A stretch of DNA of 64,000 bases, from IMG/VR virus record IMGVR_UViG_3300008108_000013; one strand, 5' to 3'. The notes below the pieces were generated by a model that saw nothing but the letters and a program-made list of their open reading frames with translations, was not told the DNA's origin and searched no databases. Source of the stretch: a virus (Duplodnaviria; Heunggongvirae; Uroviricota; Caudoviricetes). Shown in pieces: positions 35,999-45,412 of this stretch. Positions within the stretch are counted from its first letter, which is position 1, and every line of letters begins with the position of its first letter. A program made the translations under genes and the position numbers.

Positions 35999-36369
35999 CG
36001 AATCCTTTTCGTGATCAAGAAAAATTTATGAAGGCCTGCGATCAAAGTGTCGAAGGCTGGAACCAGGAGCAATTTAATCTGTATGTTAATTTAATCGATG
36101 AAGAATACAATGACGAACTTAAGACCGCCATTGCTAATTGCGACCCAGTTGAAATCGTAGATGCACTAACAGATATTCTAGTTGTTACTATTGGCGCACT
36201 GCACAGCATGGGTGCAGACGGCGAAGGCGCCTGGAAAGAAGTTATGCGTACTAACTTTGCCAAGATTGACAAAGAAACTGGCAAGGTGCGTAAACGCGAG
36301 GACGGAAAAGTCTTAAAACCCGTGGGCTGGACACCGCCCGAATTAAATAAGTTTTTAACTAAGGAGTAA
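35995..36369 (+). CDS. mazG: MazG-like nucleotide pyrophosphohydrolase
   Basis: All-alpha NTP-PPase signature. EExxDE-like acidic pairs (IDEEYNDELKTAIAN, DALTDILVV). Confidence 0.7.
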   Translation: MTNPFRDQEKFMKACDQSVEGWNQEQFNLYVNLIDEEYNDELKTAIANCDPVEIVDALTDILVVTIGALHSMGADGEGAWKEVMRTNFAKIDKETGKVRKREDGKVLKPVGWTPPELNKFLTKE

Positions 36370-36372
36370 ACT

Positions 36373-37062
36373 ATGTTTGGATCTAGTTACACAGGCGGTG
36401 CAGTTTACCGTTCAGCAAGTGATATTAATGGTGCAATGGGTCGAGTTTACGGACACATGGGACTTGCAGTTATCACATCAATGATTGTTAGTTTTTTAGT
36501 AGGCAATAATACTACACTCATGCAGTTCTTTTTTACCGGGGCAATGAAGTGGGTTGTAATTTTTGCACCGCTGGTGGCTATTCTAGCTGTTAGCTTCGCA
36601 ATGGATAAGTTTAGTAAATCTGCATTACAACTATTTTTACATGGATTTGCCGCACTAATGGGATTGAGTTTTGCTACAATTTTTGTAGTCTATAACATGG
36701 GCAGTATTGTAAGTGCATTTATGAGTGCCGCAGTTTTATTTGGCGTCATGAGTTTTTATGGTTACTTTACTAAAAAGAATCTAGACAGTGTTGGCCAATT
36801 TATGTTTATTGGTTTGATTGCTATCATTATTGCTAGTATCATCAATATCTTCATTGGTAGTACTGTAATGCAAATGGTAATTTCAGCTATTGCTGTTATT
36901 ATTTTCCTAGGATTGACTGCCTACGACACACAAAAGATTCGTGAAATGGTCAGTTATGACAATGACGGTAAGGCCGAGGTAATGGGTGCATTGACACTAT
37001 ATCTCGACTTCATTAATCTGTTCTTAAACTTGCTACAACTGTTCGGCGGACGTAAGGATTAA
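36373..37062 (+). CDS. Bax inhibitor-1 / YccA family membrane protein
   Basis: Seven hydrophobic segments. The N-terminal GAVYRSA..MGRVYGHMGLAV is typical of BI-1/YccA. Confidence 0.7.
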   Translation: MFGSSYTGGAVYRSASDINGAMGRVYGHMGLAVITSMIVSFLVGNNTTLMQFFFTGAMKWVVIFAPLVAILAVSFAMDKFSKSALQLFLHGFAALMGLSFATIFVVYNMGSIVSAFMSAAVLFGVMSFYGYFTKKNLDSVGQFMFIGLIAIIIASIINIFIGSTVMQMVISAIAVIIFLGLTAYDTQKIREMVSYDNDGKAEVMGALTLYLDFINLFLNLLQLFGGRKD

Positions 37063-37063
37063 A

Positions 37064-37888
37064 ATGCGTAATTACTGGACTTGCTCAAAATTCGCAGACT
37101 GGATTCGAGGTACTACTAAAGGTGGTGCCAAGACTTCTGAAGGCTGGAACGAATGGGAAAAGCGAGCCAAAGCTGAACACCCTATTCGTTGGTGGATTGC
37201 CGAAGAAGGTTTGGACAAGATACAAGACGTATGGTGTTATATTCCAGAAAGATTGAATGATGTTCGCTACTATATTAATAACCGTTGGGTTACTCGCACT
37301 CATTGTCTTACCGCTCACCCTCGAGATATCCCCCGCGGCGAGTGGAGGGACGTAGGCAACAGATTCCTGCCATGCTTGTTTAACGAGCTTGTCGATTTTG
37401 TTGAAGTAGAACAGGCATGGCACCATGTAATGTGGGACGAAGAGGCTCGTAAAAAATACAAAACCCCATGGTGGCGCAGTGGTTGGCTGCGTTGGAGAAC
37501 TTGGCGTTGTCCTGAAGCAGGTATCGATTATCTCAAATGGGCAATGACTTTAACTAACAAAGACTTTATCGAAGAAGGCGAAAAAGAAGAACCTACCTAT
37601 CAAGCCAAAGCCGCTAAAGAAATTCTTGAGCTTTATACTTGGTGGAAAGAAGTCTATCCCAATCGCCCAGAACCCATGGAAGCCAGTGGCTGGAGTGCGT
37701 ATTGCGATGCTATGCGTGATAAGTATCCCGGTAGTTTTATGGCTAGCCTAAACAGCAAAGATCCCGAAGATCGTAAAGCCAGCGACAAAGCTCACAAGCT
37801 ACTTCGTAAAATTGAAGCGGCTTATGAAAAAGAAGATGAGGCTATGATGATTCGTCTTATTAAGATTCGTGAATCATTGTGGACATAG
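37064..37888 (+). CDS. hypothetical Trp-rich protein
   Basis: ORF only. Confidence 0.45.
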   Translation: MRNYWTCSKFADWIRGTTKGGAKTSEGWNEWEKRAKAEHPIRWWIAEEGLDKIQDVWCYIPERLNDVRYYINNRWVTRTHCLTAHPRDIPRGEWRDVGNRFLPCLFNELVDFVEVEQAWHHVMWDEEARKKYKTPWWRSGWLRWRTWRCPEAGIDYLKWAMTLTNKDFIEEGEKEEPTYQAKAAKEILELYTWWKEVYPNRPEPMEASGWSAYCDAMRDKYPGSFMASLNSKDPEDRKASDKAHKLLRKIEAAYEKEDEAMMIRLIKIRESLWT

Positions 37889-38112
37889 TCTATAGGCAAG
37901 ACCGAAGAAAGTGGATAGCAGAGGTTTGGAGCGATGACCAATCCGAACCTCTTGTTGCGGAAGGTTTCAAAGAACCTTATCCAGAAGAATTATATGTTGA
38001 AATAAATCAATGGTGTATTGATACACTAGGGTATCATGCCCGCACAGCCTATCACATATTTGAATTTAAAAGACGTTCAGACCTGGACTGGTTTCTATTA
38101 AGGTGGCAATAA
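37879..38112 (+). CDS. hypothetical small protein
   Basis: ORF only. Confidence 0.4.
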   Translation: MDIVYRQDRRKWIAEVWSDDQSEPLVAEGFKEPYPEELYVEINQWCIDTLGYHARTAYHIFEFKRRSDLDWFLLRWQ

Positions 38113-38119
38113 TTACTAT

Positions 38120-39499
38120 ATGGATAATAAAATCGTTTGGTTAAAACAAATAAAAAAGGACCTAGACAAAGTCGGGCCAGGCATGTGTCTAGCAAAATGG
38201 GTTCAAACAACATTACACCTTCATAACGGACACACTCATAGCTGTCACCATCCCGACACACACAAAGTTCCTTTAGAAGAGATTGCTGTAAATCCAAGTG
38301 CGTTACATAATACCAATTTCAAAAAAGAGCAGAGAAAATTAATGATGACTGGACAACGTCCAGCAGAGTGTCACTATTGCTGGAATGTTGAGGATAATGT
38401 TCCTCCGGGCGTTGATGATGTCTTTAGCGATAGGGTTTATAAAAGTGCCAACTCTAAATGGGCAGGCCCAAAACATTATGCTGAAGTTCTTAACATCGGC
38501 TGGCAGGGTGATATTAATCCGACATATCTCGAAGTAAGTTTTAGTTACGCTTGTAATTTTAAGTGCTCATATTGCAGTCCGCAGATTAGTTCAAAATGGA
38601 TGGAAGAAATTAAAGAGTATGGCGAATATCCGACTACGCTGAGATACAACGGTTTAGATCATATCAACTACCAAAACAAAATGCCTATCCCGGAAAGAGA
38701 AGATAATCCATATACAGATGCATTCTGGAAGTGGTGGCCCGAAATATATAACACCCTTCACACGTTTAGAATTACCGGCGGCGAACCGTTAATGACTAAA
38801 CATACTTTTCGTACATTAGATTACGTTATTGAAAATCCTAATCCTGAACTAGAACTTGCGATTAATTCTAACCTATGTGTTCCTGATAAATTATTTGATG
38901 AGTTTATAGAAAAAGTTAAAATTATTACAGAAAATAAACTAGTCAAGCAATTTACACTCTATACAAGTTGCGAAGCTACTGGAAAAAAAGCAGAATACAT
39001 TCGTCACGGATTAGATTATAACAAGTGGATCTCTAATTGTAATCGTTATCTAAAAGAAATTCCTGCCGGTAATTTTAGTATTATGTCAACATACAACGCT
39101 CTTTCAATAACTTCGTATATGGAGTTTTTAAAAGATGTTCTTATTCTTAAATTAAAATATGCAAATAAAGAATTACACAGGACAATTAATATAGACATAC
39201 CGTACTTAGATAATCCTAAATGGATGAGCGTTAGAATCTTGCCAACATCTTACATATCTTTAATACAAGAACAGGTTCAATATATGAAAGACAATCATTG
39301 CGATGGCAAAGGTTTTCAACACTGGGAAGTTGAAAAGCTAGATAGGATACAGTATCTTATCAAAGAAGATCCAGAACAATCCTGGCTTAAAGATTTTTAT
39401 ATGTTTTTTAACGAACACGATCGAAGAAGAAATACGGATTTTAAAAATACGTTCCCTGAATTAATTGATTTTTATCACGCATGTCAACAAATAAAATAA
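38120..39499 (+). CDS. radical SAM enzyme, family A (distant fifth copy)
   Basis: MCLAKW...NGHTHSCHHP, AECHYCWNVE, YACNFKCSYCSP, TGGEP and C-terminal DRRRNTDFKNTFPEL. Confidence 0.7.
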   Translation: MDNKIVWLKQIKKDLDKVGPGMCLAKWVQTTLHLHNGHTHSCHHPDTHKVPLEEIAVNPSALHNTNFKKEQRKLMMTGQRPAECHYCWNVEDNVPPGVDDVFSDRVYKSANSKWAGPKHYAEVLNIGWQGDINPTYLEVSFSYACNFKCSYCSPQISSKWMEEIKEYGEYPTTLRYNGLDHINYQNKMPIPEREDNPYTDAFWKWWPEIYNTLHTFRITGGEPLMTKHTFRTLDYVIENPNPELELAINSNLCVPDKLFDEFIEKVKIITENKLVKQFTLYTSCEATGKKAEYIRHGLDYNKWISNCNRYLKEIPAGNFSIMSTYNALSITSYMEFLKDVLILKLKYANKELHRTINIDIPYLDNPKWMSVRILPTSYISLIQEQVQYMKDNHCDGKGFQHWEVEKLDRIQYLIKEDPEQSWLKDFYMFFNEHDRRRNTDFKNTFPELIDFYHACQQIK

Positions 39500-40161
39500 A
39501 AAGACTTTTTTCTTTTGGTTCAGAATTTACTAACTATAATTGGTTTACCTGGGCTGAAATACTTGCCGATGACCTTAGTATTCCTTTGTATAATTACGGA
39601 GGAAAAAACTTTAACAACAGAGAAATTTTTGATTGTGTAATGAAAACTGATGGCATTTATAAATTTACCAGCAATGATATTGTTGTAGTACAATGGGTGC
39701 AGGGAAATATAGACGATCTATCTTTGGTCAAAGCAACAGGTTCATTAATGGAACTGAAACAGACTGAGTATCATTTTATTTCGTCAGTACCGTTCCTTGA
39801 TCAAAAAACAAGAAATTCTGAAAGTAATAGAAAAGTCATTGCATCATATCATGAATATTTTTCGAAGATTCAGAAAGACTTTTCTACTGTCCTTTGGAAT
39901 AACGATCTAGAGAAAAAATATCGAGACGATTTTCAATCATTAGGTTATCTGTTCAAAGACCCAACACCTAATCCAATACAGCATCTAGAGTATTTTGAAA
40001 GAACTTTTTGGAAGGTTAATCCAAAAACAAAGAATAGTGTACAAAGGTGTCATCTTCTTTGGACAGAAAAAATCAAATCAAACTGCACCAAAAATAAATT
40101 AAATTTGGACTCCTACACAAAAGAAGAACTGTTCGAACTTAAAGATACTACCAATCTTTAA
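39481..40161 (+). CDS. hypothetical protein
   Basis: ORF overlapping the end of 38120. Confidence 0.45.
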   Translation: MSTNKIKRLFSFGSEFTNYNWFTWAEILADDLSIPLYNYGGKNFNNREIFDCVMKTDGIYKFTSNDIVVVQWVQGNIDDLSLVKATGSLMELKQTEYHFISSVPFLDQKTRNSESNRKVIASYHEYFSKIQKDFSTVLWNNDLEKKYRDDFQSLGYLFKDPTPNPIQHLEYFERTFWKVNPKTKNSVQRCHLLWTEKIKSNCTKNKLNLDSYTKEELFELKDTTNL

Positions 40162-40164
40162 CGG

Positions 40165-40193
40165 TTGACAGATATAGCCATTGGCTATATAAT
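40165..40193 (+). promoter_or_regulatory. perfect-consensus sigma70 promoter TTGACA-17-TATAAT
   Basis: -35 at 40165-40170 and -10 at 40188-40193, upstream of 40227. Confidence 0.65.
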
Positions 40194-40226
40194 AACTATA
40201 TTGAAACTTAGATAGGAGCATTTCAA

Positions 40227-41417
40227 ATGGCTAAAGCCGCAACCAAAACCCGTGTAACCAAAAAGCAAGTTATTGCTCATCGTACTCGTGCCGTAAAAGA
40301 CACTAGCCCGACTTGGGATGGTTGTGAAGATTGGGGTGCTGATCAGTTCTATTCACACTTCCGTAGATCTATGGATTACTATCGTTTAGAAACTGATGGT
40401 AAGTTTGCTAAACCGTCAGTGATTAAGTGGATGGAAACCGTAGGCTGTGCCAAAAGTGATATCCTTGCAATTAAAAAAGTAAAGGACAGTCGTATTAGCG
40501 GCACAATGGGTGCTATTGCTTCCTGTTTACTTCGCGGTATGACTCCGCAACGTGCAGACTTCAATGGGGGCCGCGATACTACCGAATGGTTGCGTAAGGC
40601 CATTGTTGAGGCTATTTCTGCAGGTAAGGATGATATCGAAGAAGAAGAAAAGAAAGAGACTAAACCAACTGGTCCGATTATTAGTATTCAAGATCGCGTT
40701 CGTGAAGCCACATATGCTATGACCGAAGAAATCGAAGACGCTATCGAAGCATGGCAAAAGGACCCAGAAAGTTTTGATCCAAAAGCATTCAAAGTTCTTA
40801 ATCTTCTAAAAGGCAAACAGGCCAAAGCCGCACACGCTCGTATTATCCGTGACTTTTACGGTCGAGATTTAGCCGAGCTTTTGGAATTGTCTAGCGGTAA
40901 AGCTGACGAGCAGTTGCGTGAAGGCTACAGTCATCGCAGTCGCAAGCAAATTAAAAAGTTCATCGAATTCCTACAAGAAATTGAAAGTGCTTGTAATATG
41001 CTCATGCAAGAGGCTAAAGTTAATAAAAAGCCTCGTGCCCGTAAGGCTGTACCTGCAGAGAAGATTGTTGCTAAACTCAAGTACAAAAAGACAGACGAGC
41101 CTCTCAAACTAGTATCTATTAACCCAACAGATATTCTAGGCGCTAAAGAGCTTTGGGTTTACAATACTAAATCTCGTAAACTAGGCAAGTATGTTGCCAC
41201 TGAGTATGCAGAACTCGGAGTTAAGGGCACTACTATTACAGGCTTTAACGAAGCACAGAGTATCTGTAAGACTATTCGCAAGCCAGAAGAGAAGCTTAAA
41301 GAGTTTAAGGCGGCGGGTAAGGTACAGTTGCGTAAGTTCTTAGACGACATCAATGCTACAGATACTAAGATGAACGGCAGGATTAATGAAGAAATAATCC
41401 TACTTAAAGTAGCATAA
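40227..41417 (+). CDS. hypothetical protein (strongly expressed early-type gene)
   Basis: Flanked by a perfect promoter and a strong terminator. Charged and Lys-rich. No recognised motif. Confidence 0.5.
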   Translation: MAKAATKTRVTKKQVIAHRTRAVKDTSPTWDGCEDWGADQFYSHFRRSMDYYRLETDGKFAKPSVIKWMETVGCAKSDILAIKKVKDSRISGTMGAIASCLLRGMTPQRADFNGGRDTTEWLRKAIVEAISAGKDDIEEEEKKETKPTGPIISIQDRVREATYAMTEEIEDAIEAWQKDPESFDPKAFKVLNLLKGKQAKAAHARIIRDFYGRDLAELLELSSGKADEQLREGYSHRSRKQIKKFIEFLQEIESACNMLMQEAKVNKKPRARKAVPAEKIVAKLKYKKTDEPLKLVSINPTDILGAKELWVYNTKSRKLGKYVATEYAELGVKGTTITGFNEAQSICKTIRKPEEKLKEFKAAGKVQLRKFLDDINATDTKMNGRINEEIILLKVA

Positions 41418-41420
41418 AAT

Positions 41421-41446
41421 AGGGCCGAGAGGCCCTATTTTTTTGG
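41421..41446 (+). terminator. rho-independent terminator
   Basis: AGGGCC-gaga-GGCCCT hairpin plus T8. Confidence 0.7.
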
Positions 41447-41469
41447 CTTTCGGTTACTCGTTGTTCAAG

Positions 41470-41477
41470 ATAAATAC
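41470..41477 (+). promoter_or_regulatory. late-promoter-like ATAAATAC box
   Basis: The same ATAAATACTG as at 1427, 19 nt upstream of the ATG at 41496. Confidence 0.4.
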
Positions 41478-41495
41478 TGGACGAGAGACCTATTT

Positions 41496-42950
41496 ATGAG
41501 CCAAATTTTTACCATTGAAAACGACCGAGTCGTAATTAAAAAACTAGCCTTAGAAGAGTTATCAGGTGATCTAACTGTTAGCGGTACACTTACAGTTGAT
41601 AATCTTGTTGTTAAAAACTCTGAGGAAACAGAGAAACCAGTATTAGAAAACTTCGGTAACTGGGAAGAATCTCACGAACCAGATTTACAGACTAAAGGAT
41701 TCTCGTGGACATGGGCTAATGGAACTACGCACCTAGCTTATCGAAACGGCGGAAGAATATGGACCAGCGGACATATTGATTTAGAACCAACTAAGTCATT
41801 TATGATCGATGGTATCGCTGTTCTAAGCAAAAACGAACTAGGTTCTCAAATCACAAAAAGTAAATTAAAAGAAGTCGGTTCTCTAAAAGATCTAACAGTT
41901 TTAGGAAATACCGCACTCGGTGAATTTGCGATTTTTAATGCCACTGTTAACAGACTAGGTCTTAATACTGAAGAACCTAATGGTACATTTAGTGTTGTAG
42001 AAAATAATGTTGAATTAGTTGTTACATCACAAAAAGAAAATGTCGGTCACATAGGAACACATACTAACAGTGATTTAGAAATTATAAGTGATAATACAAC
42101 ACGAATTACTGTTAAAAATAACGGACAGATTATTTTTGGAAATCCGTCAACAAATAATGCAGATGTTAGAATTTACGGAACCCTGCATGTTGAAACAGTC
42201 GTTGCTGATAATAGAATTGATAGGTATCAACCTTTAGAATTTAGATCTTCTAAAGATGCAGGTATTTACGGCCAGGGCCTAGTTTGGACAGGACAAGGAA
42301 GTGCCCGTAGATTAGTCATGCTGGCTAATCCAGATAGAATTTTCTCTTCGGAATCTTTTGATCTTGCCACTGATCAAAGTTATCATATAGGTGGTGTTTC
42401 TGTATTATCTAGCGTAGGATTAGGAAAGTCTGTTACACAGTCTAATTTAAGTAAATTAGGAACACTAGAAAATCTAGCAGTTGAAGGTGAAACAGTATTT
42501 TTAGGAGATGTAAATGCCAGTCGATCAGTTATTAATGCAAAATCTATACTGTTTAATGACGGCGACGAGTTTACTATCACTAACTCAAAATTAAACGGAA
42601 ATAGGAAGATTTCTTTTTCTGTAAACAATGATGAAACATACTATGCCGACCTCAATGAAATAATTATCGGTAACAAACAAAATATTCGTAGACCAGTTAA
42701 AGTATTTGGTCAAATGAGTGTAGGGATTAATAACCCAGAGGAAGGTGTTGATCTTGCAGTAAAAGGCAATATACAATTCTCAAATAAAAAGTTTGTCACC
42801 GGTCCGTCAGTACCAACATCAGGAAACTTCAACAAGGGTGATATTTGTTGGAATGAAAATCCAGTTGCTGATAATTATGTTGGATGGATTTGTATAGAAG
42901 CAGGTGCGCCTGGTCGCTGGTTACCGTTCGGCAGTATTGCACGTCAATAA
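41496..42950 (+). CDS. virion structural-like protein
   Basis: Internal repeats (SKLKEVGSLKDLTVLGNTALGEF and SNLSKLGTLENLAVEGETVFLGDV). Late box upstream. Confidence 0.45.
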   Translation: MSQIFTIENDRVVIKKLALEELSGDLTVSGTLTVDNLVVKNSEETEKPVLENFGNWEESHEPDLQTKGFSWTWANGTTHLAYRNGGRIWTSGHIDLEPTKSFMIDGIAVLSKNELGSQITKSKLKEVGSLKDLTVLGNTALGEFAIFNATVNRLGLNTEEPNGTFSVVENNVELVVTSQKENVGHIGTHTNSDLEIISDNTTRITVKNNGQIIFGNPSTNNADVRIYGTLHVETVVADNRIDRYQPLEFRSSKDAGIYGQGLVWTGQGSARRLVMLANPDRIFSSESFDLATDQSYHIGGVSVLSSVGLGKSVTQSNLSKLGTLENLAVEGETVFLGDVNASRSVINAKSILFNDGDEFTITNSKLNGNRKISFSVNNDETYYADLNEIIIGNKQNIRRPVKVFGQMSVGINNPEEGVDLAVKGNIQFSNKKFVTGPSVPTSGNFNKGDICWNENPVADNYVGWICIEAGAPGRWLPFGSIARQ

Positions 42951-42980
42951 TATCAGTTTTTAATTTATCTTTTTTTGCCC

Positions 42981-42988
42981 ATAAATAT
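42981..42988 (+). promoter_or_regulatory. late-promoter-like ATAAATAT box
   Basis: Upstream of the 43008 start. Confidence 0.35.
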
Positions 42989-43007
42989 TTGCTCACAGAG
43001 GCATATC

Positions 43008-43334
43008 ATGGGCAAAATTACACAACAACTTCATAAACAAATCACAGGCTGGAGAATATATTCTGTCGTAGCACCAGCAGTATTCACAGCCGTGTCAGCA
43101 TGGCTGTATCTTCAATTCGGAACACCGTTTGAAACTATTTTTTATACAGGATTGATTGTATTATCAGTTACCTGTATCAGTTGGTGGCATTGGAGTCTAT
43201 CTACTATGGTTACAATGCTATCCATTATGAAAGATACCGACGACCATTTCGAAGGCGTTCAAAATGAACTTAAACGTCTTCGAGAACATATGAAACCGGA
43301 CTTACATGTAGTCAAAACTGTTGACAAACGATAA
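43008..43334 (+). CDS. small membrane protein
   Basis: The internal ATG 43008 (MGKITQQ) is preceded by a cagagg RBS, whereas track start 42975 lacks one. Two TM helices. Confidence 0.45.
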   Translation: MGKITQQLHKQITGWRIYSVVAPAVFTAVSAWLYLQFGTPFETIFYTGLIVLSVTCISWWHWSLSTMVTMLSIMKDTDDHFEGVQNELKRLREHMKPDLHVVKTVDKR

Positions 43335-43430
43335 GAACAAAGTATAATTACATTATGCGGTCTTAGGCATTCAACCCGCAATATAAATTCTGCATGCCAT
43401 CAAACTTGCTCAACTATAAGGAGACTAGAG

Positions 43431-44015
43431 ATGGCAATTAAAATCAAAGCAACTAAAGTTTTTAAATATCTACCCTGCGGTCACGCTCAATATTTTGATC
43501 TTGAACCTGATGGTAGTCCTGGCGAGTGTGCCAGTGTTCACGGTTATGATCGAGAAGTTGAATTTACCTTTGCGGGTGAAATTGACGACTATGGTTGGAT
43601 CATTCCATTTGGTGAACTAGCACCAGTTAAAGCATTCTTAGAATACTACTTCGATCACGTGACTGTTCTTCCCGCAGATGATCCAAGATTGGGTCAAATT
43701 ACAAAAGAACTTACTGTACCTGGAGGTCTATTAGGTACACTTCGTGTTCTCCCTAGCGGTGTGTCGATGGAAATGAGTTCGATTTTTATTTGGGAACATG
43801 TTAATCATTACGTATATAAAGTAACCAATGGTCGCTGTTATGTAGAGCGTGTTCGTGTTTATGAACACAATCGCAATGATGCTATGTGCGAAGTAGATGA
43901 AGTCACAGCTAAAACAGACGCACAGCGTAAAATGACCGGCGGCGAAGTACTGCCAATGAAGCCACGCTGGGCCTGGGAAGCTCCAAAAGATCTTATCCAA
44001 AGATTGGAACAATAA
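43431..44015 (+). CDS. 6-pyruvoyl-tetrahydropterin synthase / QueD-like protein
   Basis: CxxxxHGH-like ECASVHGYD motif in the expected position. Weak overall. Confidence 0.4.
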   Translation: MAIKIKATKVFKYLPCGHAQYFDLEPDGSPGECASVHGYDREVEFTFAGEIDDYGWIIPFGELAPVKAFLEYYFDHVTVLPADDPRLGQITKELTVPGGLLGTLRVLPSGVSMEMSSIFIWEHVNHYVYKVTNGRCYVERVRVYEHNRNDAMCEVDEVTAKTDAQRKMTGGEVLPMKPRWAWEAPKDLIQRLEQ

Positions 44016-44097
44016 TTGCTAAAGAAATTTTGGCGTATATGGGCCAAGGCGCTAGGCGAAAAAGCAGGTGATTCGGACTCTGAAGCGGACCGAATCG

Positions 44098-44126
44098 CTT
44101 GCATTAGAACTGTAATTGTGTTAATA
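44098..44126 (+). promoter_or_regulatory. sigma70-like promoter TTGCAT-17-TAATAT
   Basis: Lies in the 160-nt intergenic region upstream of uvdE. Coordinates are approximate. Confidence 0.35.
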
Positions 44127-44175
44127 TACATTATCACTAACTTTTTTATCGTCGCAGGCGTTATAAGGCATTGGA

Positions 44176-45195
44176 ATGGCTAAAATTGGTTTCGCATGTA
44201 AATGGATTGACTTTCCTAATCAAGTCGACGGCATTAAACCCAAAGATGCTTGTAAGCAGTATAATACCGGTGCTACAACTGTAGCTTGGTTAAATAGACA
44301 GAGCAGAGATGTTGCAGAACAAAAGCTCTGGGACCTTATGGTTCAAAATATCGAAGCAACACACAAACTCGTAAAGCGAGTAGGAGAATTGGATGAATCC
44401 CTTAGGATGGTTCGTATTAGCAGTGATATCCTTCCTGTATATACTGAGCCCAAGTGGTCTTACTTTTGGCGCAGACTCGACGTTGTGGACTACTGTGATC
44501 GGCATTTTAAACTTGTTGGCGATAGTGCTCGTAGAAGCGGCGTTCGTCTTTCTTTTCATCCTGGCCAGTTCACTGTTCTTGCTAGCGATAATCCTGAAAT
44601 TGTCAAAAGATCAATAGAGGAGTTTGAGTATCATGCAGATATGGCCCGTTGGATGGGGTACGGTAAATCATTTCAGGACTTTAAAATCAATGTCCACATC
44701 GCGGGTAGAGCCGGTCCAGAAGGTATCCGACAAGCCCATAAGAGACTCAGTCCAGAAGCCCGTAACTGTATTACCATCGAAAACGAAGAAAACGCCTGGG
44801 GCTTAGATGATTGCCTTACTCTTTCTGATATTATCCCTATCGTTCTTGATATACACCATCATTGGGTCCGAGAAGGAGAGTATATCAATAGTCAAGACTC
44901 AAGAGTTAAACAGGTGGAAGCGAGTTGGCGTGGTGTTCGTCCTGCTATGCATTACAGCGTATCTCGTGAAGATATACTCACCGGACACAGTACAAGTGTT
45001 TTGCCAGATTACAAAGCTCTGTTAGAATCTGGATATAAAAAAGCAAAGCTCAGAGCACACTCTGATTTTTATTGGAACAAGGAAGTTAATAATTGGGCAA
45101 TAAGTTTTCTAGACCAGTTCGACATAATGTGCGAAAGCAAAGGCAAGAATCTAGCCAGTATGGAACTGTACAAACAGTGGAAGGGAATCGAATGA
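44176..45195 (+). CDS. uvdE: UV-damage endonuclease UvdE/Uve1 family
   Basis: TIM-barrel UvdE blocks (RISSDILPVY, GVRLSFHPGQF, CITIENEENAW, LDIHHH). Confidence 0.75.
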   Translation: MAKIGFACKWIDFPNQVDGIKPKDACKQYNTGATTVAWLNRQSRDVAEQKLWDLMVQNIEATHKLVKRVGELDESLRMVRISSDILPVYTEPKWSYFWRRLDVVDYCDRHFKLVGDSARRSGVRLSFHPGQFTVLASDNPEIVKRSIEEFEYHADMARWMGYGKSFQDFKINVHIAGRAGPEGIRQAHKRLSPEARNCITIENEENAWGLDDCLTLSDIIPIVLDIHHHWVREGEYINSQDSRVKQVEASWRGVRPAMHYSVSREDILTGHSTSVLPDYKALLESGYKKAKLRAHSDFYWNKEVNNWAISFLDQFDIMCESKGKNLASMELYKQWKGIE

Positions 45196-45386
45196 TAACC
45201 AGAGAAAAACTAATACATCATATCGAAACCATGCGTGAAAGGCATGATGAACTCGATAAGCAGATTAAAGAATTATACGAACATCATGCCAATGATCTAA
45301 AAGTAGAAGAACTTAAAAAGAAAAAGCTCAAACTCAAAGATGAGATTGAGCAAACAAGTTCAAAGTTAAAGAAAATTGATCAATAA
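45192..45386 (+). CDS. small coiled-coil protein (DUF465/YdcH-like)
   Basis: MITREKLIHHIETMRERHDELDKQIKELYEHHANDL. ATGA overlap with the uvdE stop. Confidence 0.4.
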   Translation: MITREKLIHHIETMRERHDELDKQIKELYEHHANDLKVEELKKKKLKLKDEIEQTSSKLKKIDQ

Positions 45387-45412
45387 AAAAGGGCCACTAG
45401 GGCCCTTTTTTT
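45385..45412. terminator. bidirectional rho-independent terminator
   Basis: AAAAAA-GGGCC-acta-GGGCCC-TTTTTTT is flanked by A and T runs. It serves plus gene 45192..45386 and minus gene 45411..45710. Confidence 0.65.
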
